Of a DNA stretch of 63,644 nt, positions 36,549-45,588 are shown piece after piece (within the stretch, counting starts at the first letter, position 1; each line of letters begins with the position of its first letter). Origin of the DNA: an uncultured Methanosarcinales archaeon (GTDB lineage: Archaea > Nanobdellota > Nanobdellia > Woesearchaeales > GW2011-AR9); contig CAZNUS010000001.1 of the NCBI GenBank assembly GCA_964576385.1, forward strand, positions 30,668 through 94,311, in the 5' to 3' direction. A program made the translations under genes and the position numbers. Below the pieces are notes generated by a model. That model worked only from the letters and a program-made list of their open reading frames with translations. It did not search any database and had not been told where the DNA came from.

Positions 36549-37769
36549 ATGACTGAAGAAAAAATTGATGAAAAGATACTTTATCACGACGGGCAGGATT
36601 TACCGATGATAAAAGAGCAGAGCAGGAATGTTGAAGATTCCCTCGCTAAACTGGAAGAAGAGCGAAAAAATATCTATAGTACCCTTACTAAATTACAGGA
36701 AGAAGGAGCTATGCTGCGAGAACTGTTCGATAAAGCCAGCCATGAGCTTTCTAATTTAAAAAAGCCTGCTTTGCTTGTCTCCGAGGTGTTAAGCATTCAT
36801 AAAGATAAGGATAAGGCAGTAATTAAACTTCCTAACGGCAACAAGTTTTATTGTTATGTCTCCAAAAATGTGAAGGGTCTTGAAATTGGCGATTCCGTGC
36901 TTGTCGAGCAAAAATCACTAAACATTACCGAAAAAATAAACCTTAGTGAAAATCTAGAAGTAGAAAAATTTGTAATAGTAGAGAAGCCTACTGAAACCTG
37001 GGAAGAAATAGGCGGCCTTAAAGATGAGATTCGTGAGATCAAGGAAGTTATTGAATTGCCTTTGAAAAAACCAAAGCTTTTTGAAAAAATAGGGATAAAA
37101 CCACCTAAAGGGGTATTATTATACGGGCCTCCCGGTACGGGGAAAACTTTACTGGCAAAAGCAGTGGCTAATTCTACTGATGCTACATTCATAGAAGCAG
37201 TAGGTTCAGAATTAGTGCAAAAATTTATTGGTGAAGGGGCAAAATTAGTGAAGGATATCTTTGAATTAGCTCGAAAAAAGTCTCCTGCTATTGTTTTCAT
37301 TGATGAAATTGATGCGCTGGCTGCTACCAGAATGGATACTGGCACTTCTGGAGAAAGGGAGGTAAACAGGACTTTTATGCAGCTTCTCTCTGAACTTGAT
37401 GGGTTTAAGCACTTAGACAATGTTAAGATTATTGGTGCTACCAACCGTATAGATATTTTAGATAGCGCTCTTCTTCGTCCAGGGAGATTAGATAGATTAA
37501 TCGAAGTAGGTCTGCCTGATGCAGAGGAATGTTTAGAAATATTAAAAGTGCATACTGGGGAGATGAACCTAAAGAAAGTTGTTTTAAAAGAGATTGCGGA
37601 AAATATTGTCGGCCTGAGCGGAGCTGAAATTAGAGCTGTCTGTACAGAAGCAGGATATTTTGCCATTAGGGAAGACCGCGACTACGTTACACAAGAGGAT
37701 TTCCGTAATGCTATTGATAAGGTCTGTGTTGAAGAAGAAGAAGATGACGGAGAAGGGATGATTGGGTAA
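36549..37769 (+). CDS. pan: proteasome-activating nucleotidase-type AAA+ ATPase
   Basis: An N-terminal coiled coil is followed by an OB region. Walker A is GPPGTGKT and Walker B is VFIDEID. The second region of homology is present. The C-terminus ...GEGMIG lacks a Hb-Y-X motif. Confidence 0.85.
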   Translation: MTEEKIDEKILYHDGQDLPMIKEQSRNVEDSLAKLEEERKNIYSTLTKLQEEGAMLRELFDKASHELSNLKKPALLVSEVLSIHKDKDKAVIKLPNGNKFYCYVSKNVKGLEIGDSVLVEQKSLNITEKINLSENLEVEKFVIVEKPTETWEEIGGLKDEIREIKEVIELPLKKPKLFEKIGIKPPKGVLLYGPPGTGKTLLAKAVANSTDATFIEAVGSELVQKFIGEGAKLVKDIFELARKKSPAIVFIDEIDALAATRMDTGTSGEREVNRTFMQLLSELDGFKHLDNVKIIGATNRIDILDSALLRPGRLDRLIEVGLPDAEECLEILKVHTGEMNLKKVVLKEIAENIVGLSGAEIRAVCTEAGYFAIREDRDYVTQEDFRNAIDKVCVEEEEDDGEGMIG

Positions 37770-38065
37770 GGTTACTTGGTCTTTAATCCCCAGATCAATA
37801 GTTTAATTCTCCGCATTAATAATTGGATAGAAGTTTAAACAATGGTCATTTTTTGAGATTAACTAGGTTTAGCAACTTTTTCTCGTAAGGCCTTTTTTCT
37901 TGTAAGGCTTATACCCTAACTTATTTGAAAATTTTGTGTGTGCTCAGCAGTTACTTCCGTATCCCATTGAGGGAATGGTGTTCACCTAATCATCGCACAT
38001 TCCACGTTCTTTACTCTTTTAGAGGTATTAAAAGGCCACTTATAAAGTTTTACTCTCTATCTTTT

Positions 38066-38146
38066 ATTATGCAAAAAATAGCCAGAAAACCAGCGGCTTT
38101 AGTCGCTGGATGAATGGCACTATTTTTCTGGCTATTTTGCATCCTA
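38066..38146. repeat. hairpin element, family F1 copy a (81 bp)
   Basis: ATGCAAAAAATAGCCAGAAAA...TTTTTCTGGCTATTTTGCAT has an inner hairpin CCAGCGGC-TTTA-GTCGCTGG. It matches 52438-52518 at 78 of 81 positions. Confidence 0.9.
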
Positions 38147-38279
38147 AAAATGCGTAGTTTAGAAACCGTCTCAGTTCAAACCTCGCACGCGGAGAAAAGC
38201 AACGACTTTTCTAGCGTCCCAGAATTGTTAAGCAATTCTTAGGACTTTAGTGCGAGGTTAGACGGTTTCACGCATTTTT
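38146..38279. repeat. four-level nested hairpin, family F2 (134 bp)
   Basis: The outer stem is AAAAATGCGT..AGAAACCGTCT / AGACGGTTTC-ACGCATTTTT. Inside it are AACCTCGCAC/GTGCGAGGTT, GAAAAG/CTTTTC and AGAATTG/CAATTCT. The 3' 25 nt recur at 32160-32184. Confidence 0.85.
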
Positions 38280-38286
38280 ATGATTC

Positions 38287-39318
38287 TTATAAATCCCTAG
38301 ATGGCACTTTCAGGTCAAAACATACCCTAAACACTCCAGGAGAAAACTGTCCGCATTTTACTGCCCGCAGCACTTTTATAGAATATCCTAATTGTGAGCA
38401 CAATTTCTTTATTTTCTTTGCTTCCAAAGTGGTATCCTTTTCATTTATAAAACTGTACAAATGGATGATCCCTTTTGGCTTTATTTTCGGGAGAGCTATA
38501 TCCAGAAATTCCTCACTAGTTTTCGGCAGCGGCATAATAATTCTATCAAATGTACGTTTCAGAGTTGGCATCACTTTTCGCACATCGCCTAAATAGATAG
38601 CAATTTTATCGCTAAGATTGTTCCTTTCAATATTTGTTTCAGCATAATAATGCGCCAAAGGATTTATTTCAATCCCGTAAATTTTTTTTGCAGGTGAATT
38701 TTTAGCTAAAACTAATGGATACGGCCCTGCCCCAGAAAACATTACTAATACTTCCTCTCCTTTCTTAACCTGTTGAGCAATCCTTAACCTTTCTCCAGAT
38801 GACCTGGCAGAGAAATATGTTTTTTCCAGATGGAGAAAAATCTTTACTCCATTTTCCAAATGAGTTGTTTTTTTAGTTAATTTTCCGGCTAAAATACGCA
38901 CTTTTCTTGTCCTAAAAATACCCTCGTGCATATGTTCTTTTTTTACTACTGTTTCTATCTGCTTATTAACGTTCAAATAAGCTTCAGCAATAAGCTTTTC
39001 TTTGCTTTCCAATTCCCTTGGAATTTCTAAGATCATTATTTTTCCAACTATCTCTTGGCTTTTAGGGAGTAGCTGCATCTCTTCTTCAGTTAATTTTCCT
39101 TGTAATATTTTTTCTACGGTCAATGGCTTTGGCTTTTCAGGAAAATGTATCTTTACCTCGATTACTTCTGCATTAGGGATCTTCACTTTCTTTTTTAAGG
39201 GGAAGTACATAAACTCAAACTCTTTAAATGGCAATAATTCTGGTATGCCTAAGTTGCTTTTTAGAATAAACTGCTTAATCTTTTCCGCCTCTTTTAGTTG
39301 TGCCTTTACCGCTAACAT
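38287..39318 (-). CDS. trm5: tRNA (guanine37-N1)-methyltransferase Trm5/Taw22 family (Met-10+ like)
   Basis: Class I SAM motif VLVMFSGAGPYPLVLAK, in the typical three-domain length of about 340 aa. Confidence 0.75.
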   Translation of the reverse strand: MLAVKAQLKEAEKIKQFILKSNLGIPELLPFKEFEFMYFPLKKKVKIPNAEVIEVKIHFPEKPKPLTVEKILQGKLTEEEMQLLPKSQEIVGKIMILEIPRELESKEKLIAEAYLNVNKQIETVVKKEHMHEGIFRTRKVRILAGKLTKKTTHLENGVKIFLHLEKTYFSARSSGERLRIAQQVKKGEEVLVMFSGAGPYPLVLAKNSPAKKIYGIEINPLAHYYAETNIERNNLSDKIAIYLGDVRKVMPTLKRTFDRIIMPLPKTSEEFLDIALPKIKPKGIIHLYSFINEKDTTLEAKKIKKLCSQLGYSIKVLRAVKCGQFSPGVFRVCFDLKVPSRDL

Positions 39319-39582
39319 CAGATAGAAGTAATCAAAATCAATTTAAAAACATTGCTCTTTAATTTATTGCTCTTTAATCCATTGAAGCTACCTACTCTGG
39401 CTAATAAATGCAATATCTATCTTTATATATACATAAATTTAAAAATAACAATCTAACTTTACCCTAAACTTTTTTACTAAATAGCATAGGTGATATGTTT
39501 TTTATAATACATTGGATAGTACTCTTTAAGGTACTCAAAGTCTATACTTAACTAAACGTTCAAAAATATCTAAACAACAACC

Positions 39583-41970
39583 ATGGTCTCACAACTTGGT
39601 CCTAAAAAAGACAGGGAACTTTTACTTGAAGAAGCTTTAGATCGCTTGGAAGCTGTAGAAGACAATGACCATCGTGTTCCTCGCTCTGAGCTGTTAGCAG
39701 TTCTAAAATATGTTATTCGTGAAACAGATGGAAGCCCTAAACCTGAAAATAAAGCAACGTCCATCATTGATAGAGCCCATCAAAAGGGTTATCTTGGCAA
39801 GCCTAAACACTTGCGTTTTACTACCGGGCACTGTAGGAACTTACTTCGGCGATACTTCGGTGACGATCATTTTGAAGGAGTGGAAGATGATCAGGAAGCA
39901 ATTGATTTAGGAACATATATTGGCCAAGATGGGTTGGAAGCAATTTTAGATAGCCCTCAAAAATTAGGTCATTTTGATTTAAGACAGTACATTGATGGGT
40001 TAGGGAAAACAATAGAATTAACTTCTGGGGAGATGCGCGTATTGATGATGATTTTTGACCGTCAACAAGGGCTTTCTGGACAGCATGATAAATTTTATTA
40101 TGAACGGATGAGAAGTGCTACAACAGGCACACTTAGAGATAGGGTCATTGGCAGGCTGGAGTCAAGTGGAGCAGCATATAATTATCTCTTCCCTAAGACG
40201 CAGGTTGAGACATTCTTTTTTGATGAACATCATGGGTATACAGCAGTAAGGCCGAAGATGAGGCAGACAATTTCTCAGCTTGAAACTAATGAAGTTGAAC
40301 CGGTAAGATTTTCTTTGAGAACAACCACCCTTCCTGCGGAAATATTAGCTCAAATATCTGGTTTTGGAAAGAGTGGTGGTGAATTTTATTTAGGTGTGAG
40401 TACCTTGAAGGATTCTACGTCCCGGGAATGCTCCGTGCCAAAAATATCCGGTGGAAGCACTGCCCCTGTTACTTTTCGTTATACACCTCATCTACTGGTC
40501 GATGAAGCAGTAATTCAAGCTAAGTTCCTTGAAGTTTATGGTGAAGAAGCAAAAGATTTAGTTATATATCACCTGCCCGACTTAAAACGGATGGGCGTGA
40601 TTCTTCCTGAGCCGGGTATGAAACGGACGTACCGCTTAGAAAACCTAGTTTTATTCTTAGAACAATTAGCTGAACAACCTGCAGAAGAAGGAGAACAGAG
40701 CTTTAATGATGTAGTTATAACAGAATTAAAAGAAAGATTATCCCATCCAGGAGCTTATCGTGATGCGGAATTAGTTAAAGCTAAAGCAGCAAAAAGAAGA
40801 GAATGGATAACACCCGAAGAGATCGGAGCTAGAAGCTTAAGGGTTCAGGAAAAAGTTGCTGATAGCTCTAAAGAGGTAGGGAGACGGGGAGCATGGCGGG
40901 TACTTAGGACATATTTGGAAAGTTCTGGTAGAAACGGTAATGGCGCTAGGGAACATCTTTATGATGCTTTCGACCAATCAGAAGACAGGCCGGATAAAAC
41001 TGATCTTTTGGATCAACTAGATTTTAGAATAACTAGAAACAGCGCTGAAGATACTATAGATGTTCATTCACTGTTAGCTTCACTTTATCAGCGAGTTAAA
41101 GAATCCTTTACCTTACCTCAGCAAGAAGCTTTTAAAACTGTCCGTCAATATTTTACAGCTAGAGGCTTGCCGATCGGGCATGGAGAAATCAAACGCTTGT
41201 TATTGGCGAGCCGACCGATAGAGCTAACAGAACTGGTTAAGGAAACCGGAGCTATAAGAGTAGGAGATATTGGAGAAGAAATAGAACCATACAGACCAAT
41301 CATGAAGAGCACTATTCTGTTGCGTCCTGAAAGTATTGATGCTGCCATAAAGGAAAGATATGGTGAATTTGATAGTGATGATGTGCAGCCGGGGAATTTA
41401 TTTTCAATAGTAAAAGCTGTTTGTTCAGCTTATTTTAGCGGGACTATTCCTGCAAGCATGATTGAGAAAGAATTTGACGCTTATCGTTTCGATCGGCGTA
41501 AAAAAGTTGAAAATAATCCTTGGAAAACTAGAACGGTAAGGATTCTTTCTGAAGCTCTTATCTTGAAGCATGGTTTAGTTGACGATATCTCTAATATCCC
41601 TGATCTTGCCACACTGAAGCAGGAATATCACGAAATATTTGAACTGGACTTGGACACAAGTGCGTATGCAATCCAGAATAATTCTATATCTAATCTGTTA
41701 GTCCAGGCAGGAAGATTAGGTATGCACCAAGAATTTGTTCATGCTGGCGCCTTAGCAACAGTTAACCGCGATCTACACCGAAGAATGAGGGAATTAATTA
41801 TAACTGGAGAAGTACATTCCTATGAGATGGAATTTCCGAACAGCAGAAGGCCGCCGCAGCTATGCTATCGTCTTACTGATGTGTTACGCGTTGCGCAGGC
41901 AGAAAGATTACATTCTGGAACAGAACCACTGCAGGCGTATGTTGATAATAGAATGGAGTTAACTTTATAG
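39583..41970 (+). CDS. large orphan hypothetical protein (795 aa)
   Basis: Uninterrupted 2.4-kb ORF with an ATG start and no SD. I recognised no catalytic or binding motif. The composition is R/E/L/G-rich. It is followed directly by element D2. Confidence 0.55.
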   Translation: MVSQLGPKKDRELLLEEALDRLEAVEDNDHRVPRSELLAVLKYVIRETDGSPKPENKATSIIDRAHQKGYLGKPKHLRFTTGHCRNLLRRYFGDDHFEGVEDDQEAIDLGTYIGQDGLEAILDSPQKLGHFDLRQYIDGLGKTIELTSGEMRVLMMIFDRQQGLSGQHDKFYYERMRSATTGTLRDRVIGRLESSGAAYNYLFPKTQVETFFFDEHHGYTAVRPKMRQTISQLETNEVEPVRFSLRTTTLPAEILAQISGFGKSGGEFYLGVSTLKDSTSRECSVPKISGGSTAPVTFRYTPHLLVDEAVIQAKFLEVYGEEAKDLVIYHLPDLKRMGVILPEPGMKRTYRLENLVLFLEQLAEQPAEEGEQSFNDVVITELKERLSHPGAYRDAELVKAKAAKRREWITPEEIGARSLRVQEKVADSSKEVGRRGAWRVLRTYLESSGRNGNGAREHLYDAFDQSEDRPDKTDLLDQLDFRITRNSAEDTIDVHSLLASLYQRVKESFTLPQQEAFKTVRQYFTARGLPIGHGEIKRLLLASRPIELTELVKETGAIRVGDIGEEIEPYRPIMKSTILLRPESIDAAIKERYGEFDSDDVQPGNLFSIVKAVCSAYFSGTIPASMIEKEFDAYRFDRRKKVENNPWKTRTVRILSEALILKHGLVDDISNIPDLATLKQEYHEIFELDLDTSAYAIQNNSISNLLVQAGRLGMHQEFVHAGALATVNRDLHRRMRELIITGEVHSYEMEFPNSRRPPQLCYRLTDVLRVAQAERLHSGTEPLQAYVDNRMELTL

Positions 41971-41994
41971 TTTTCTTTCTTTTCTTCTTTGATT

Positions 41995-42176
41995 AGAGAA
42001 GTTTGAAAAATAGTAATTTTGGCAAATTAACTATTATTTTACGCCAAAATTATGGCTATTTCAAATTCCCTGAGTGAAGAAACTACTTCACTGGGGCACA
42101 AATGAAATCGTTGTTTCATTTCGTGCTCTTTAGAACTTTGCACATAATTTATTGAATTTTGCAAAGTTCTCATTAG
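41995..42176. repeat. family D copy 2 (182 bp) carrying a 58-bp nested insertion
   Basis: It is the same as D1 except for 42069-42126. That insertion is two hairpins whose cores are exact reverse complements of the cores at 2443-2454 (12 nt) and 2471-2486 (16 nt). Confidence 0.9.
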
Positions 42177-42249
42177 CTAAATAGTTTTTATTAGCTAAAT
42201 ATTTTTTTCCTTCCATAAAATTATAATTAAATACATCAATTCTACTAAA

Positions 42250-43008
42250 ATGAGCAGTAATTATCTCGCAGAGAACGAATTTGAACAGCGTTTGATGAAT
42301 AAATCATGGAAGAAAGAACATACTTCTGGTTATCGCAATGATAATATAGACAACTCCATAATTTCCTTCAACAATTTTCTGAAAGAGAAAAAAATAACCG
42401 GCAGACTGCTGGACATCGGCTGCGGGAATGGAAAAAATTCTGTTTTCTTTGCAAATAATGGTTTTTCAGCAGTGGGCATAGATTTTGCCCCTAACGCTAT
42501 CAAGAAATCATTAAATTATGTTATAAACAATTATGCTGCTACTAATATTAATCAACCAAATCCTAATGTGCAGTTTTTAGTTGCAGATATATTAAACGAA
42601 AATATTGTGAAGAAGCTATCGACTAGAATGAACAACAAACTATCCGCTAAAATTGACAATAAGCAATCACCAAAAAATAATTTAAACAAATTTGATGTTA
42701 TTATTGACTGTGGCTGTCTGCATCACCTTCGGAGAAAATATTGGCAGCGCTACTTAAGAAATATTACGCGTTTGCTCAAATCAGGAGGATATTATTATTT
42801 ACATGGTTTCAGCAACCAAAGCTTTTTACTTGGAAGGATAAAAAAAAGTAATTATTTTCGGGTAAGGCATGGGCATTATACTTGTTTTTTTTCTGAAAAA
42901 GAAATCCAGAGAAAATTCAGCAAGGACTTCAACATCCTTAAAACCTATGAATTTCCTAACAGTAATGCTAAATTTTTAGTAAGAGCATTTTATATGCAGA
43001 AGAATTAA
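42250..43008 (+). CDS. class I SAM-dependent methyltransferase
   Basis: Motif I is LLDIGCGNGKNSVFFA and post-I is AVGIDF. There is an Asn-rich insertion. The substrate is unknown. Confidence 0.7.
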   Translation: MSSNYLAENEFEQRLMNKSWKKEHTSGYRNDNIDNSIISFNNFLKEKKITGRLLDIGCGNGKNSVFFANNGFSAVGIDFAPNAIKKSLNYVINNYAATNINQPNPNVQFLVADILNENIVKKLSTRMNNKLSAKIDNKQSPKNNLNKFDVIIDCGCLHHLRRKYWQRYLRNITRLLKSGGYYYLHGFSNQSFLLGRIKKSNYFRVRHGHYTCFFSEKEIQRKFSKDFNILKTYEFPNSNAKFLVRAFYMQKN

Positions 43009-43043
43009 ATGTATTATGGTTTTAAGCAAAATATTACTTCTAT

Positions 43044-44015
43044 CTAATTTTTGTTTTGTACTATTTTCTGTCCAAACACTTTCACAATATTTCCATACGT
43101 CAACTGTCCTATCTCTTTTTCTGTTAACCCCCATTCCGGAAGTATCTTCTCCACCAAATTCCTATACAAGTAAAGTGAAGGATATCCTGAAGGATACGGT
43201 CCATGAAGCTTTTCTCCGACTGTATGTGGAGCATGGTCCGTTTCAATCCAATCGATCTTCCTTTGTTTCAATAGTTTCCTCATGGTTAGCATATCTTCCC
43301 TACTTCTCAAGGGGGGATTCATCTTGTAGAGCAAGCCTCCTGATAAATTCATGATAGAATCATCCCATAGAAGATGGTGAGGTGTAACCCCGCAGACGAT
43401 GTTTACACCTTCTTTTTTTGCCTGCCAGACTAATTCTACCGCTTCTGGAACAGAGATATGGCAAACATACAGTGTTCCTAAAAATCCAGTTTCTTTTACC
43501 ATTTTTATCTGTTCTTTTACTGATTCAATCTCCGCTATTTTAGGGCGGGAGAGGCAGTGGGAAATAGGTATAGAAGGATCAAATGCTGAACTCATATAAC
43601 TTTCTTTTTCACAATGCACTGCTAAAACTCCTTGGTAATTTTCCTGAGCCAAAAGTGAATAAATCTTCCGTTGCAATACTTCTTCAACTACCGCTAAATT
43701 ACCAGTAGATTTTCCTGCATATAGTTTTAATCCAATCACCTCTTTTCGCGCAGCTGCCGTTCTCACTGCCTCTTTTAACTGGTGCTCATCAGCAGTAGCC
43801 CCTATATACAGAAAATATCTGCTTTTTTCCTGTTCCGGAACTAAACTAATTCTACGCAATACATCAGCCTCGCACAAAATTGGCTTGAATGTATTTGGCA
43901 TATCAAAGACAATGTCCACTCCTTGTTCTTTAGCTAGCTCTAATCCATGAATGATGGTTTCCTTATATTTTTGTTCTTCATCACGAAAATGGACATGGGG
44001 GTCTATTCTTACCAT
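43044..44015 (-). CDS. pyrC: dihydroorotase-like amidohydrolase
   Basis: Metal ligands are DPHVHFRD, GLKLYAG (Lys), VHCE, CHIS and ETDHAPH. It lies adjacent to pyrE-pyrF. Confidence 0.65.
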   Translation of the reverse strand: MVRIDPHVHFRDEEQKYKETIIHGLELAKEQGVDIVFDMPNTFKPILCEADVLRRISLVPEQEKSRYFLYIGATADEHQLKEAVRTAAARKEVIGLKLYAGKSTGNLAVVEEVLQRKIYSLLAQENYQGVLAVHCEKESYMSSAFDPSIPISHCLSRPKIAEIESVKEQIKMVKETGFLGTLYVCHISVPEAVELVWQAKKEGVNIVCGVTPHHLLWDDSIMNLSGGLLYKMNPPLRSREDMLTMRKLLKQRKIDWIETDHAPHTVGEKLHGPYPSGYPSLYLYRNLVEKILPEWGLTEKEIGQLTYGNIVKVFGQKIVQNKN

Positions 44016-44060
44016 TTTATTTTCAGAGAGGATTCAGTCAAAAAATGATGACAAAAAACA

Positions 44061-45509
44061 TTAAATCATATCTTTTAATATATTATAAGCTGCTAAAATA
44101 CGTTCATCTGCAGTTGGCTTGTCATTAATAGCCCTTCCTACGACTAAAAGAGATGAGCCATTTCTGAGAGCATTTCCTGGAGTTACAACTCTTGCTTGAT
44201 CAGCTCCCACAGCCCCATCAGGGCCTTCAATACCAGGAGTGACATATAATAGGTCTGCTGGTAGTTTGTGTTTAATATTTGGCAGATCTGCTGCTGAACA
44301 GACAATTCCATCCAGGCCTGCTTCGTAAGCACGGCAAGCTAACCTCAAAACTTGTTCTTCCACTGTTCCAGATAACCCTATTTGTTCGCTCATTGTCTGT
44401 TGGTTTGTACTGGTAAGAATAGTTACCCCTAAAATTTTTGGACGATCATAACCTCTTTCTTCTGCCCCTTTTTTTGCTCCGTCTACTGCTGCTTTCATCA
44501 TCTTTACCGTACCTAACGTGTGCACCGTTAACATAGAAACACCTTGTTTGGCCGCTTTGTAAGCGGCATTATATACTGTTTTAGGAATATCATGTAATTT
44601 TAAATCTAAGAATACCTTTGCGCCATATTTTTGAACTGCTTCTATTGCAGCCGGACCAAAATCAATATATGATTCTAAACCTACTTTAAATATATCTACA
44701 TAATCTTTTAATTCTGCTACTCTTTCCTCTAGTTGTTCTAATGTCTGCAGACCGTCTAAAGGGAGGCATAATTTTTCCCTAGCTAACTGCTCTAGCTTCA
44801 TCAATTCGATTCGTTCAAGCAAGCTTAATGGCGCTGTGCCATATTGGTCAAAATATCGTTCTACTGCTCGTGCAACTCGATAGCTAGGCCTTTGTCTCTG
44901 AAAAGCTAAGGGTAGTAATTCTCGTGCATTACTTAAGGCATGATATCTCACCCCTCGTTCTTGCAACACTTGTTCTACTGTTTTTCCGTCGTCCCTTGTT
45001 TCATTTCTGTTCGTTAATCCTAATGCAGCAATGACTTCTACTCCTTGATCTCTTAGGCAGTCTAAGGAGTCCAATGTTTTCAGCAGAGAATCTCCGGTCG
45101 TAGTAACATCTTCAATAACTACTACTTTACCTCTTGGTTCTCCGATGAAATATCTATCTTTTGAAGCGCCATGCTCTTTTGCTTTTCCTCGACCCATTGC
45201 TAAACTATATTTCTCAGGATTTCCTGAGCGCAGAGCCCATTTGAATTGAGTAAGTAATCCAACTGGGGTAGCTCCTTCAGGAACACCATAGAAACAATCT
45301 GGGTTCAGCCCTAATTGCCTAGTAAAATAAATAATCTGGTCTGTTAATAAGTCCATCGTAACAGCATTTTCCGTTCCCCTGCGCCAGTTTACGTAATAAG
45401 GGGATGATCTGCCAGATTTTAAGGGGATGGACTTTTCTGCAAAGCCAACTAACTCTTGACCTAGAACTAAAGAGTTAAAAAATTTCTGATTAAATAGTTG
45501 ATTTGACAT
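44061..45509 (-). CDS. bifunctional orotate phosphoribosyltransferase / OMP decarboxylase (fused PyrE-PyrF, UMP synthase-like)
   Basis: The N-terminal half has LKSGRSSPYYVNW and the PRPP loop VVVIEDVTTTGDS. The C-terminal half has FLDLKLHDIPKTV, MLTVH, ILTS and LVVGRAI. Confidence 0.8.
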   Translation of the reverse strand: MSNQLFNQKFFNSLVLGQELVGFAEKSIPLKSGRSSPYYVNWRRGTENAVTMDLLTDQIIYFTRQLGLNPDCFYGVPEGATPVGLLTQFKWALRSGNPEKYSLAMGRGKAKEHGASKDRYFIGEPRGKVVVIEDVTTTGDSLLKTLDSLDCLRDQGVEVIAALGLTNRNETRDDGKTVEQVLQERGVRYHALSNARELLPLAFQRQRPSYRVARAVERYFDQYGTAPLSLLERIELMKLEQLAREKLCLPLDGLQTLEQLEERVAELKDYVDIFKVGLESYIDFGPAAIEAVQKYGAKVFLDLKLHDIPKTVYNAAYKAAKQGVSMLTVHTLGTVKMMKAAVDGAKKGAEERGYDRPKILGVTILTSTNQQTMSEQIGLSGTVEEQVLRLACRAYEAGLDGIVCSAADLPNIKHKLPADLLYVTPGIEGPDGAVGADQARVVTPGNALRNGSSLLVVGRAINDKPTADERILAAYNILKDMI

Positions 45510-45520
45510 ATTATCTGTAG

Positions 45521-45548
45521 ATTATTATTATTATTATTATTATTATTA
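45521..45548. repeat. (ATT)9 microsatellite 12 nt upstream of the pyrE-pyrF start
   Basis: Nine uninterrupted ATT units lie between the upp stop and the pyrE-pyrF start codon. Confidence 0.9.
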
Positions 45549-45588
45549 AGAGTATAATTTACTTTTTCCGCTGATGTTGTCAGAGATA

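Noticed and set aside
36854-37666. A 270-aa ORF antisense to the PAN gene
   Set aside because: It lies entirely inside a confidently identified AAA+ ATPase gene. Its S/F/I-rich low-complexity translation is typical of the reverse frame of a K/E-rich gene, and it has no RBS. The same reasoning applies to the other antisense track ORFs, for example 13569-13949, 61408-61788, 20592-20924, 43016-43354, 9590-9784 and 49030-49323.
37925-38113. A 62-aa ORF in the long spacer after PAN
   Set aside because: Its 3' part is made of the F1a palindromic element. It has no SD or promoter-like context, and the sequence is better explained as repeat DNA.
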